The notes under the pieces were generated by a model. It did not search any database. It was not told the DNA's origin and saw nothing but the letters and a program-made list of their open reading frames with translations. A program made the translations under genes and the position numbers. Positions 13,831 through 26,920 of a stretch of DNA of 64,000 nucleotides are shown here, piece after piece. Source of the DNA: Octopus sinensis (lineage: Eukaryota); NCBI RefSeq assembly GCF_006345805.1, contig NC_042997.1, positions 63,302,001 through 63,366,000 of the forward strand, given 5' to 3'. Every line of letters begins with the position of its first letter. Within the stretch, counting starts at the first letter, position 1.

Positions 13831-15175
13831 TGATGTAGGCAGACAGACAAAGAAGGAGAAGAGAGCGAACTGCTAGTAAGAACATTGTCTGCCGCGAGGC
13901 ACTGACTTGAAGGAGTGGAGTGCTTTCAAAATTCTGGAGACCCTTTATTGCATTAGGTATGTGTCATTGATTTATATATATAAATTAAATGAATATGTTT
14001 CAAAACAGGAAACTATTTATCTGACATGTATTATATAGTTTTGTACATATATAGGTCTATTGTTTTCTGTATTCATATTGGAGGAAACTAGCATGGCTCT
14101 ATGTTCGGAGTCGGAAGTGCCACGGACTGATTGGCATTGGCAATCTTAAAGAGCTATTAGAGTAGTAGTGGTGGGTTTTTGTAAGGAAATAGCGTTAGAG
14201 GATTCTAGGATAGAGAGAAATATCTGGTTAGGAAGTTAAAAGAGGCGCTTAGGAAAGGAATAGCGACCGGCGTGCTGGCGGCAAGATTGGCCCTTGATCA
14301 ATTATTCAATGCCAAGCACGGATGTTGCGTTGTCAAAGCTAGGGTGCGAGAGAGCGAGAGAGAGAGTGAGAGAGCGAGAGAGAGAGTGAGAGAGAGAGAG
14401 AGAGAGGGAGAGAAAGAGAGGGAGAGAGCGAGAGACAGACAGATAGACAAACAGACAGACGGACAGAAACAGACAGACAGATAGTCGAAGCCCTTGCTTA
14501 TGCCCGGGCAACAAGATTCTTTTCGCCAAACTTTTCTCAAGCGATAGCCCGCTTATGACCAGTGAATATGACTGTTCGGAAGCCGTACTTGCAATCTTTG
14601 AGTGGGCAATAAAAAAATAATCAAGATGTCGATAAACGTTATTCTTAAAGGCTTCCTTCTTTGTCATGATTATGTTAGACGTATTTTTGTATTTGAAAAC
14701 AGGCAAACTCATGATATGGGTCTCACTGGCACATGACGACTCCCAAGCTGTTGCTTACATTACCAGTAACTTCATTAGACCCTGATTGTACCCTTTACAC
14801 AAAACCTGAGGCGTTGTACTATGTTAAATATCAATATTTTCCAAACATATCGTGCAATATTTAAAAAAAATTCTAATTAATTTATTGCTTTCAGTTGGCT
14901 ATCTATAAAGACATCATATGATGACTTTCAACAAATACTGAGAAGTAGAATGGATAGGATCACTTGAGGTAGTGCTAACTAGACAGAAACCTGAGCATAA
15001 TCAAACACTGAAGGTAGCTCCTGAAAAATCAGAAACACTAAATGACTCAAGAAATCATTATTGATGTTTTCAAATGCAGCATGGGATTAGGTGTGTAATT
15101 TTTTCCCATTGTATAATTGCTTTTTCTAGTGGAGGTGAATTCACCCCCACTAGAAAAACCCGACGTACTACTAAC

Positions 15176-15368
15176 CTCTGTAGTTGTCTGATAAGTCTTC
15201 GAAAACACAGCTCTAGTTGTTTTTTAACCTTCCACGTCATTCCTGATAGATCTGAACTATGACATTCCAACCATAAGGGCCGTCGATGTTCTGTACAGTG
15301 TGAATCCATGATTTCATTATGCAAAAGATCAACAATGTCTGCTTTTAGACAGAAATATGATAACGATC
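15176..15368 (-). CDS. Candidate internal coding exon of an unidentified host gene
   Basis: Acceptor ttgtgtttctacAG, 193 bp open frame (phase 1 to phase 2) encoding SLSYFCLKADIVDLLHNEIMDSHCTEHRRPLWLECHSSDLSGMTWKVKKQLELCFRRLIRQLQ, donor AG|GTTAGT. No partner exon or family identified. Confidence 0.35.
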
Positions 15369-15574
15369 CTGTAGAAACACAATATAACGACATTCTGAAA
15401 CCAGCATAAATGTTTCCAAGAAATACAATTTTTCGAGGAAAATTTGCATATAATGAAGAATTTCAGTTGGAGATCTCATAGAATTGTGATTATAGATTTA
15501 CTCAAGATTTCTTGGCGAAGTTTAACAAATCCTGTACGAATTTTATCTTGAAAGGATAAAATATTTTAACGATT

Positions 15575-15745
15575 TTTTTCGTCTGTCTTTACGTTCTGCG
15601 TTCAAATTCCGCTGAAGTCGACTTTGCTTTCATTCTTTCCGGGTCGATAAATTAAGTAGCAGTTACGTACTGCGGACGATCTAACCGACTGGTCCCTTCC
15701 CCCAAAATTTAGGGCCTTTTTACCTAGAGCAGAAAAGAATATTTT
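15575..15745 (+). mobile_element. tRNA-derived SINE (family X), 5'-truncated
   Basis: B-box gttcaaattcc followed by the conserved core gtcgactttgc..tcat.ctttc.gggtcgataaattaagta, shared with copies at 41060-41460 and 42606-44185. Confidence 0.8.
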
Positions 15746-17738
15746 AACGATTTTCAGAAGTACATATTTTTATTATTGACCCACTTTGTCTATTTATTTT
15801 ATATGTCGCACCTATTTGAAAATCAAAGCACCCATATTTTGATCGACTTGATCGACTATTGTTTTATTGCAGCTATAATTTAATAAGTATCATTAAATCA
15901 GTTGTTGATTTACTTATTCATAAAACACTCGACTTGAATTTAGCAACATCAATTATGTTAGTAATCTCAACAATAGATAGTTTACTATATAACGCCTTCA
16001 ACACAGTTCAACAGTAAACTCTTTTAAATGAATATTCATTATAGGATACAGCATTGTTTGTTATCATAGTATTGAGGAAAAAGACTGTTGTAGGATGCAT
16101 TTTATGTAGGAGCCTTCTGGAGTATTCTCTCACATTCATTTGTTTCATGTCAGATTGTTTTCTGCAATCATTGAGGTAGAAATTAAAAAGATAGCAATGT
16201 TTAGTAATTACTAACAATTAATGGCTAGCATGTATATTAAAATGAGTTTAAAATATGCTGAATATTTCTAAATATTTAGTAAGCTGTCAATAAGCACAAT
16301 TATAGCGAAGATGGCAGAACGTTACTATCACTGTTATTCTGTTTAATGCAATTAATGCTACTTGTTAATATATTTGAAATCTCAAAGTGGTGAACGAAGA
16401 CGTAATGAGCTACAATGATCGGTTGTGAAGTATTTCAATAATGTTATTAGTATCCTTGTTATTTCATTGGTAAGTCAAAAAGCCTACTTTCACACGAGAA
16501 CGTAATCAATTAGGAGACTAGTCAGTTTAGACAAATTCTCGACTCCTTGCTTTGAAAGCTTCTTCTCATAAAACTTTCTCCAATTTATCTCTGTTTTACT
16601 CTCTGTCTCAGGAGTGGGTGAGCTAGCTTTAAGAAATGAATCCAATAAATCAGTATCAGCACATGACGTTCTGAAGCTGCTAAAGCATAAATCAAATTCT
16701 TAATTGTCCTTTTAGAATTAAGTCGTTCAATAAATTCAACGTATTCAAAGTGATGTTAATGCTGATTTTATTCGCATAGTTTTACATTTTAAAATCAGTT
16801 TTATCTCATATTACGACACCAACTTTACCATATAACAAGTAATACACCACGCCAACATAGGAACATCTATGTGGTTGTTCGATCTACAAGAAATAGACAC
16901 CCAATCTCCCTTAAATTACACACTTAATAATTCATATAAGGACAGGACCATACATTATATTATAACTGTCATGGATGGCATGATCAGAGCTTCCCGATAA
17001 AAGAAGAACTGGGACTAAACAACAAAAATTAGTAACACATATGACTAGACACATTTAGAAAAAGCAATGATGGAATGTAATGAAGAAATCCCAAGGCAGT
17101 TGTTTTGAAGAGAGATGCATGAAGTGAATTCAATGACTGTTGAAATGGCTTTTATGATTCGTTAACGGCATCGTATTTGAAGAAAGCTTTTTAATAATGA
17201 AGTTTTTGATGTCATATTGTCCTTTGTTAACAAAGCACCTTTATTGCTGTTGGGATTTCAACGCTGAAAGCTTTGAGAACTCTAGATGTTGGAAAAAATA
17301 ATTGAACAAAGGTTGTTTATACAATAAACTAAAAACATGGCATGGTGACGTACAAATATCCCTTCTACCACTTAAAACTCACGAAGTTAAAGGGACACTA
17401 AGGGATTATGAAAGATTTGGTCTAGTGTACTGAGTTTAATGACTCGGAAACACAGTTGCAGCTGCAATTAGCCTCAGGTTAAGTGCCGATATTTCATAAA
17501 ACTTTATTGTAGACACGCGTTTAGAAGAATTACTATGACGTTACAAGTATTACGTGTATCCGTCTTGAATGGGGAAAATCTTTTATCTATCGATGCTTAT
17601 GTTTCTTTCATCTTTTACTTGTATCAGTCACTAGGGCACTGCTCTGAAATGTTTAGTCTATCAATTCGACCCCAAAACTAAATTTTATATCCCGAACCGC
17701 TGAGGGCGAACAAAAAATCATACATACAAAACACAGTT

Positions 17739-17799
<61 letters not shown>

Positions 17800-17991
17800 A
17801 TAATCAAATGAATAGCAGACGATGGATAATTGCCAACTCATTACAACTGTTTCTTATGCATTTTATAAATAGAAGGATGAGAACATTGCTTCATTGCAAA
17901 ACCGTAATCATCAGATGAAGCATAATTTCAAAACCAAAAGAATATCCAAAGGACGTGGCTAAATTGTGTCTAGACCTATCTGAATCCTTAT

Positions 17992-18065
17992 CATTCTTCT
18001 TCTTCTTCTTCTTCTTCTTCTTCTTCTTCTTCTTCTTCTTCTTCTTCTTCTTCTTCTTCTTCTTC
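17992..18065. repeat. (CTT)n microsatellite
   Basis: Direct reading; source of the poly-F and poly-E ORFs. Confidence 0.95.
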
Positions 18066-18119
18066 TATAGATATATATGTACATATAATTGCATCTCTCT
18101 CGCTCTTATTCTCCCTATC

Positions 18120-18240
18120 TCTGATGGCCTGCTCGCTTAGCCAGCGGGGTGGCGTCATTCGAAGGCTAAAACAATGCGAACGCATTGTGACCAGCGATGT
18201 GTAACAGCATCTGATGGTCTGGTCGGTCACGTGATCACGG
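18120..18240 (+). mobile_element. SINE family Z, 3' fragment
   Basis: Reverse complement of 58860-58980 (ggctaaaacaatgcgaa.gcattgtgac.agcgatgtgta.cagcatctgat). Confidence 0.75.
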
Positions 18241-19604
18241 GATATATATATATATATATATACATAATGCATTTTTCCGTGATAGTATGATCAACAAAGA
18301 AAGCACTCCATTTGGTGAGAGAAAATTTTCTTTAATAGACACCATACATGTTCTCTGTATGCTTCCTTCTCAACTTTTCGCGTTTCATCGGATTCAGATT
18401 TTAGTTAATTATGATACGTGGTTTGAGCCTGACGAATATGTTTGAGGCATTTCTCAACATATGAAGCTATTAGTAACACATGCAAAACATGTATTATGTC
18501 GATTAAATTATATATACACACGACGGGTTTCAATCAGTTTCCGTCTACCAAATCAACTCAATGTTTTGACAGCTCGAGGATCCACTAGGATTCATTTGCC
18601 CAAGAAGCCACGCTGTATGAATGAATCTAAAATCATATTTCGGGTTCAGAGAAGTAAACTTCTTACCAAACAGCCATGTCCGCGTCTTTAGTTAGGAAGC
18701 TTTTCAATAAACCTCAGTTAAATGCATCCCTTGAATAATAATTTATTTAGCATGCTAAAATTTTAGCCTCTGCGTTTGCATTTCTTTGACGATTCCCACA
18801 TTTTGAAAAATCTCTCCGTGTTGTACTTAACACAAGAACACAAGAACATCAAGGGAGCCAATGAAAACACAAAATTCTATAAGGAACATACTTCTAACAC
18901 ATTTTGACTTGTGAAAACAATATTAACGTCTGCAAATCAATGCGCCTTTTACCAATATGTCGTTAGACGACGAATTTCTAAAGATTATTTTACGAAAGCT
19001 ATACATTTAAAACAGGAATGTGTCAACATTTACGATAAACCAACCACGCGAAGGATTTGATTTGAATAGGCTGTGAATAAAAGAGAATAAAAGCTTTCTC
19101 TGATGTGCTGGAAAATATACAAATTCCAAAAGCAACGTCGAACAAACATTTTAGTTTACTATCTATGTGTTATTGAACATCAAGAGAAAAACTGTGACCC
19201 AGTGCTATTTGGTGTCTAGGCGTCAGTATTGACTTTCTAAAAGAAAAGCCTTAGGTGAGACGATCAACCAGCAGCAAGTTGACTAGTGATATTTGAGGCA
19301 CAGATGTATGAAGTCACACTCACACACTCACAGGTATTCACACAACAGTATTTATGAGCATCTACACACAGGCACACACACACATTATATGCTTGTGTGT
19401 TGCATGTGTACAAATATATGTATGCACATATACATGTGTGTATATATATGTGTGTGTATGTTGTGTGTGTGTATGTGTGTGATTGTGTGTGTATACATAG
19501 AGAGAGAGAGAGAGAAAGAGAGAGAGGGGAGAGTAATTATATATGTAGATTGACGGATATCTCGCAAGCTGGCTAGTGAGCTATTTAGCTGGACAGACAG
19601 ACAG

Positions 19605-19668
19605 AGAAACAGACAGACAGACTGACAGATAGATAGATGGATAGATAGATAGATAGATAGATAGATGG

Positions 19669-19700
<32 letters not shown>

Positions 19701-19762
19701 ATAGATAGATAGATGGATAGATAGATAGATAGATAGATAGATGGATAGATAGATAGATAGAG

Positions 19763-19794
<32 letters not shown>

Positions 19795-19820
19795 TGATAG
19801 ATAGATAGATAGATAGATGG

Positions 19821-19852
<32 letters not shown>

Positions 19853-19887
19853 ATAGATAGATAGATAGATGGATAGATAGATAGATC

Positions 19888-19918
<31 letters not shown>
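19605..19918. repeat. (GATA)n/(GACA)n microsatellite
   Basis: Direct reading; it abuts the 3' end of the Tx1-like LINE. Confidence 0.95.
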
Positions 19919-19919
<1 letters not shown>

Positions 19920-21138
19920 TGTTTCTTTATTAGCCACACAGGGCTGCACACAGATAGAACAAATTACAAGGTAGAGCTTTTCTTTTGGGGGTAAAAAAGG
20001 AGAGTGGTGGTTTTCGATCAAAAGGGATCGTAAAAGGAAAGAAAAAGGACAAAAAAAAGGGGAGGGGTTAAAAAAAGGAGGGGAGAGAAGAAAAAAATGA
20101 ATAATAGGGATCGTTATCACAGAAATGTCAATATGAAGTGTAAAGGGGAGGACAGGTGAGGTTTACCCGTGGAAAGAAAAGCCTACGGAAAAGACCACGG
20201 TAACCTCGGTCAATGAAGTCACATGTTATATTTCTTTTTTTTTTTTTTTGCAAATAAGCAACTCTCTGTATTAATTTTTATGGTTCATAGAATCATAGTC
20301 AAGGTGGCTTCGTCATTCATACGTGCCATCCTTGCTACATTCACCCATCTTTTTTTAAAACATTCACTAGACAAAACTTGCCTCTCTACTCTCACTTCCT
20401 CTTCAAGTGATACTTGAAGAAGTTGATGAGAGATTGACCAGAGAGGAAAGTGTTTGTCTCTAATCCTTTCAGGCGCGTCCACCAGATACATTCTTTCGCC
20501 ATAGCCACAAGTATGATAAAAATAGCTCTTCCTTCCCGTTTGAAGGAAGGAGGCGTGACGATATTAACGATAGACTCGGCTGATAAACCGACACGTCCCA
20601 CACGTGACAGCAGTCGTTCGACATAAGCCCACAGGTCGGAAATTGCTGGACACTGCACGATTGCGTGCAGAGCGGTTTCGTCGCTCTGACCGCATCTCGG
20701 GCAGGTCGGCCCCGTGTTTTTCGAGCCATGCCTATAGAGCTTATCCCGAACGGGTAGCGCTTCTCGGTAGCACCGGCAGGCCAGGGATCTCTGGAAGTTG
20801 TCCATAGGTCCCGGGCCGAAAGTCGTTTGAAATAGGCGGGTCAGGTATTCCTCGTCGACGCCCAGGTGTGCCCCGAGCTCGTCGTCGTACCTACCCTCCA
20901 CTAATCCCCTATAGAATGCTTTGGTTGTGTTGAAGTCACTCAAGGTCGACCCGGGTCGGCAGAGTTGCTTGAGAGCAACGCGACACTCGCGGTGCCAATC
21001 GCCCTTCCTCGGCCTCTTTTTGATCCACGACTGTAGTTCGGTCATGGAGACGAGTTGCGGGAATGCGTGCCTCACAAACGGCGACCACACCTGTTCACCG
21101 TCGTCTACATAGAGCCGGAGATGTCGCAGTCTCAGCGA
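19919..21138 (-). mobile_element. Tx1/L1-clade LINE, 5'-truncated (ORF2 C-terminus with zinc knuckle plus 3' UTR)
   Basis: ORF 20392-21090 is stop-free and contains CPRCGQSDETALHAIVQC (CCHC, zf-RVT-like) and LVAMAKECIWWTR; GC-rich relative to flanks; 3' UTR ends AATAAAGAAAC then (ATCT)n. Confidence 0.85.
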
Positions 21139-21589
21139 GATAGATAGATAAATAGATAGATAAAGTTACGCATAACTGTTAATTTAATAGAATACTTTTA
21201 AAGTAGTTTCGCTATACATTGCAAATACAATCTATAAAAGCATGTCAAGTTAACGATTCGACTTTAATATGAATCATCCTTGCATTAATAAACAGAGAAC
21301 ACTTACAAATATTCTATAAAATCCTTTATTAAATGTAGGTTTTTTATATAGAATCACAATACGGACTTTTTGCAAATTGATTTTTAATTGAAATATTCCC
21401 ATAACGGGTTATTTGAAACTGGATGAAATAAGCAAATGCTCACCAAATTACGTTCATGAATGTTTCTAGACACATTACAATTGTTGAGGGAAAATTCCTT
21501 CTTCCCTATCTCCATCAATCTCTCTCTCTCTCTCCTTCACCTTCCACCTTCTTCTGATTTCCTTCCCTCTTTCTTTCTCTCTCTCCTCC

Positions 21590-21653
<64 letters not shown>

Positions 21654-21826
21654 CTTCCGAGTTCATTTACCAGGTTTAGAAAAGCTAAAGGACCGCTACA
21701 GTAAGTGTGGGAATTTGACATATGTTGAATAAAATCATAATTAACTGATTCTCCTGTATTTTCTCTTACCAAAATTCTGGCAATATTCAGCACCTTATCG
21801 CATATACATATTTACAGGCATATATA

Positions 21827-22578
21827 TATATTGTCATAAAAAAAAGGGGTAGAATTAATTAATTGTTAATAAATTCGACCAAGCAGTATTCGGTATGTAA
21901 AGACCATTTACGGTATATTTGAAGTATTAATTTATAAAAATATGGTAAAGTAAAAAAATTCACTTTACCACACACCGAACTTTTCAGAAATAGCAGCCAA
22001 AAATTTGGCTATTTCTTCAACTGCAAATAAAAGTCTCCAGACAATGCATACTCAGAAAATAACTCACATAGGTATAAGGGAAAAACAATGAAAGATCACA
22101 TCCATATACGATACCCGAGGACAGTCTGTTTCTGGATTTGTGGGTAAAACGCCACTTTTCCTTCATCAGCTCAGAGATTTCTTCTGATTTAGATTTGAAA
22201 ATACTAAGAATCTAACATACCCGTCCGATATCTGTAACATCGGACAAACCATGCCAGACACCCAGTACTAGCGAATCCAAAAATACGAATGAGATCTATT
22301 ATTCTCCCTGTCCACCCACGTGAGTCATAGAGCATTACATTTCTACAGAGGTAAAAACTGCAGTTCAAATTCTTGGAGATAAAGCATTATATTGTCATAA
22401 AAAAAAGGGGTAGAATTAATTAATTGTTAATAAATTCGACCAAGCAGTATTCGGTATGTAAAGACCATTTACGGTATATTTGAAGTATTAATTTATAAAA
22501 ATATGGTATTATTTTCTGAGTAAGCATTGTCTGGAGACTTTTATTTGCAGTTGAAGAAATAGCCAAATGTTTGGCTGC
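21827..22578 (-). mobile_element. Non-coding hammerhead-bearing repeat unit (561 nt monomer plus 121 bp terminal redundancy plus 70 bp inverted tail)
   Basis: 21827-21947 is repeated at 22388-22508; 21993-22062 is repeated inverted at 22509-22578 (2 mismatches); hammerhead at 22115-22174; (TA)n on both sides. Confidence 0.75.
22115..22174 (-). ncRNA. Type I hammerhead ribozyme, intact core
   Basis: CTGAG CTGATGA A GGA AAA GTGG CGTTTTAC CCAC AAA TCC A GAAA CAG A CTG TC CTCGG: stem I CTGAG/CTCGG, stem II GGA/TCC plus GTGG/CCAC, stem III ACAG/CTGT, GUC triplet with predicted cut between 22120 and 22119. Confidence 0.8.
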
Positions 22579-22622
22579 GGCATATATATATATATATATA
22601 TATATATTTATTATATAGAAGG

Positions 22623-22673
22623 AGCTTCTACAGGACTAGTACTGTTTCATTCAAGAGAAATCTTCAGGAAGCT
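22623..22673 (-). ncRNA. Type I hammerhead ribozyme (left inverted arm)
   Basis: Exact reverse complement of 27298-27348. Confidence 0.8.
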
Positions 22674-23046
22674 ATTTAACAAGAATTGTATTAGCATTTA
22701 TACATTTAGGCAGGTTTAAAGGAGTGGTGGTGGGGGACTTTTTTGGGGGGTAGGCATAGCGCAAAATATCATACTTGGGGGAGTGGTCAAGGAGTCAGTG
22801 GTAAGTTAGATGAAAGAATAGATAAATAAAAAAATAAAATAATAAAATAAAAAAATAACAAAAATAAAAAATAAAAAATAAAAAATAAAAAATAGAAAAA
22901 TAAAAAAAAAAAAAAATAAAATGTGTGCACATACATACATAAACACATATACATACACACACACATACGTACACATGTGTGCCTATACATACCTACACAT
23001 ACACACATACACATACATACACATATATATATACATATACATACAC

Positions 23047-23078
<32 letters not shown>

Positions 23079-23540
23079 TATATATATACACAATCCAATA
23101 CAGGCCCATTCCCTAATTTTAATTTTATTATCTTCATTTATTACTTTTGTTATCTTTGATCGCTAGAGCTAAGGATCTTGGCGATGGCAGCATGTCCAAA
23201 TTGTCTGTCTACTAGAAGGCAAGTACTCGTACCCACACGCACACTCATTAGCACGTACATACACCCATTCGTACACTCGTACACATACACGTACGCACGC
23301 GTTATATTCATACATACAAACATCTACATACGTTCACGTATATACACATACGTACTCGTACCTACAGATTCATGTCTACACTTTAGGAGGCTAGTCTATA
23401 TATATACACCAATAAATATACATATATATATATATATATACATACATATATATACACATATACACATACACACACACACACACATATATATACTCCTACA
23501 TACAGATACATACCTATATATATATATATATATACACACA

Positions 23541-24101
23541 CCTATTAGACTCTCCTACTCTACCACGCCCAATCTAGCCAGGAACCTAGCCAACAACAAT
23601 GTGAAAAAACTTAACATATCCACTTTCTCCGGGGCCCATCCAACGTCCGATAGCAGTTGCAACTGCCATGATAAAACCACCTGCCCCCTCAACAACAACT
23701 GCCTACAGAGGGACCTAGTATATAAATGCGAGGTAAGATCAGGCCTTGACGATAAAAGTAAATCCTACATTGGAATGACGTCAAACAGCTTTAAAACCCG
23801 CTGGTACGCACATACACACTCGTTCCGGCGACAGGATAAATCCAACCAAACTACCCTCGCCGCCCACATCTGGTACCTTAAAAGGAACTCAATCCCCTTC
23901 AAGACCAAGTGGAAACTACTACAGAAGGCGCGCTCGTACACAGGAGGACATACCTGCTGTGACCTATGCATATCAGAGAGCCTAGAGATCTTGTTCGCCA
24001 AAGGCCCTCTCCTTAACAAATTTTCAGAACACTCCCCTAATTGCATGCATAAGAAGTATGCGAACTACAAGAACTATAGACCTACCCGGCAACCTGATTG
24101 A
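23541..24101 (+). CDS. Penelope-type GIY-YIG endonuclease domain (stop-free 3' part of a truncated ORF)
   Basis: PIRLSYSTTPNL...CNCHDKTTCPLNNNCLQRDLVYKCEV...KSYIGMTSNSFKTRWYAH...LAAHIWYLK...CCDLCISESLEIL. The upstream part of ORF 23178-24101 is only read-through of the inverted arm. Confidence 0.85.
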   Translation, partial: PIRLSYSTTPNLARNLANNNVKKLNISTFSGAHPTSDSSCNCHDKTTCPLNNNCLQRDLVYKCEVRSGLDDKSKSYIGMTSNSFKTRWYAHTHSFRRQDKSNQTTLAAHIWYLKRNSIPFKTKWKLLQKARSYTGGHTCCDLCISESLEILFAKGPLLNKFSEHSPNCMHKKYANYKNYRPTRQPD

Positions 24102-24341
24102 TGACAACCCCCCCCCCCCCTACAAAACCCCCCCAACCCCACTGTTCCCCTAGCACCCCCGATTACCTTTTCTCCTAAGACCTTTCACATATTGTATGTG
24201 CACGCTTGTATATGTGTATCGTATGTATGTATATATGTATAGAAATGCATGGGTACAGTAGGAATATACGCATGTATTATGTGTGTGTGTGTGTATGTAT
24301 GCATGTAAAAAAATATATATATGTATGTATATATGTGTATG

Positions 24342-24373
<32 letters not shown>

Positions 24374-24689
24374 GTATGTGCTTGTATGTGTGCGTGTGTG
24401 TGTATATATGTATATGTGTTTGTACGTATATGTGTATATACGTGTAAATGTATGTGGTTTTGTATGTGTATGTATGTATAAAATATTATATAATTAGGGC
24501 TTAGTAAAATAAAATAAATTACTTTGCCACATACTAAACTTTCTAGAAATAGCAGCCAATAAAGGTTTTTAGCCTCTTCCACTACTTAGAGAATTTTTTC
24601 CCTCTAACATTGTTTACTCAAAATAATAATGGTCCCTTTACATACTGAATTCTTGGTGAATTTGATTAATAACTAATTAACTTTACCCT

Positions 24690-24948
24690 CCCTTGTTGAT
24701 ATATATATATATGTATGTGTATATATGTATATATATATTATATATATATATGTGTGTGTATATATATATATATATGTATGTATATGTGTATGTGTACATG
24801 TATGTATATATATGTGTGTGTGTGTATGTGTGTATGTATGTATTTGTATATGTGTGTGTGTATATGTATGTGCGCGCGTGTGTGTGTATGCATGTGTATG
24901 TATATTTGTATATGTATGTGCATGTGTATGTATATGTGTATATATATG

Positions 24949-25003
<55 letters not shown>

Positions 25004-25166
25004 ATGTATGTATATATATGTGTGTGTATATGTGTATTATGTATGTATTTATATAGATATGTAATTTTTTATATATATATGTATGTATATGCATCTGTCT
25101 GTGTGTGTGTATGTGTATATATGTGTATCATTATTGCGTATGTATACATGTATATGTGTATATGTA

Positions 25167-25209
<43 letters not shown>

Positions 25210-25236
25210 GTATATATGTGGGGGTATATGTATGTG

Positions 25237-25267
<31 letters not shown>

Positions 25268-25691
25268 GTATATGTATATGTATATGTATATATATATGTA
25301 TGTGTGTATGTGTATATATGTATGTATATGTGTATGTGTGTGTACATGTATATATATGTGTGTGTGTATATATATATATGTTTATATGTGAGTATGTAGA
25401 GATATAAGTATATGCATGTGTATATGTGTGTGTGTGTATATATATATATATTATATATATATATATGTATGGGTATGTGTATCCGTGTATATATGTATGT
25501 GTGTGTGTGTATGTATATGTATGTATGTGTGTATATATGTATGTGTATATGTGTATGTGTGTGTATATATGTGTATATATATATATATATATATGTATGT
25601 AGGTGTATGTGTATGTGTGTGTATGTGTGCATGTATGTGTATGTGTATATGTGTATATATATGTATGTGTATATGTATGTATGTGTGTGTA

Positions 25692-25752
<61 letters not shown>

Positions 25753-26075
25753 TATATATATATGTGTGTGTGTGTATATGTATATGTATATATGAGTGCG
25801 CGTGTGTGTATGTATGCATATATGTATGTATGCATGTATATGTGTATGTATATATGTGTGGAAGTGTGTGCATATATGTATATGTAAGTATGTGTGCGTG
25901 TATGAGTATGTATGTATGCTTGAACACGTGTATATATGTGTGTGTGTGTATACATATGGATGCATGTGCGTGTGGGCACGTGTATGGGTACGCATGTATA
26001 TGTGTATGTGCGTGTATGCGTATACGTGTATGTATGTATGTATGTGTGGGCGTATATTTGTATATGTATGTGTGA

Positions 26076-26130
<55 letters not shown>

Positions 26131-26364
26131 TGGGGGTGTGTGTATGCGTATAAGTGCATGTAAGTATGGATGTATGGAGGTATGTATGTATGTTTACGTA
26201 TGTATGTGTTTGTGTGTATATGTATGTAGTTGTGTGTATGTATGTGTGTATATATGTATATATATATATATATATGTGTGTATATATGTTTGTGTATGTA
26301 TATATATGTGTATGTATGTGTGTGTATATATATGGGTGTGTGTGTATGTATGTATGTATGTATG

Positions 26365-26399
<35 letters not shown>

Positions 26400-26590
26400 G
26401 TATGTATGTGTATATATATATATATATGTACATGTATGTGTGTGTATATATATATATATATAGGTATGTATCTGTATGTAGGAGTATATATATGTGTGTG
26501 TGTGTGTGTATGTGTATATGTGTATATATATGTATGTATATATATATATATATATATTTATTGGTGTATATATATAGACTAGCCTCCTAA
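24690..26590. repeat. ~1.9 kb mixed (TA)/(TG)/(TATG) low-complexity tract inside the Penelope 3' region
   Basis: Direct reading; source of the many YIYI/CVCV ORFs. Confidence 0.9.
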
Positions 26591-26884
26591 AGTGTAGACA
26601 TGAATCTGTAGGTACGAGTACGTATGTGTATATACGTGAACGTATGTAGATGTTTGTATGTATGAATATAACGCGTGCGTACGTGTATGTGTACGAGTGT
26701 ACGAATGGGTGTATGTACGTGCTAATGAGTGTGCGTGTGGGTACGAGTACTTGCCTTCTAGTAGACAGACAATTTGGACTTGCTGCCATCGCCAGGATCC
26801 TTAGCTCTAGCGATCAAAGATAACAAAAGTAATAAATGAAGATAATAAAATTAAAATTAGGGAATGGGCCTGTATTGGATTGTG

Positions 26885-26920
<36 letters not shown>

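Noticed and set aside
15230-15320. IMDS...RRPLWLE resembles the PI3K catalytic N-lobe motif MDSKxKPLWL
   Set aside because: Spacing differs and the expected FKxGDDLRQD does not follow; no gene name assigned.
16480-16680. Minus-strand open frame SFRTSCADTDLLDSFL...DYVLV* and a similar one at 16008-16165 as further exons
   Set aside because: Both run into stop codons without a convincing donor site, and no family is recognisable.
18788-19060. Plus-strand frame with only one stop in ~90 codons
   Set aside because: No recognisable motif; within chance expectation given the number of frames examined.
25131-26789. 552 aa ORF with the same N-terminus as ORF 23178-24101, suggesting a gene pair
   Set aside because: The shared start lies in the inverted arms of the Penelope insertion and the rest is microsatellite read-through.
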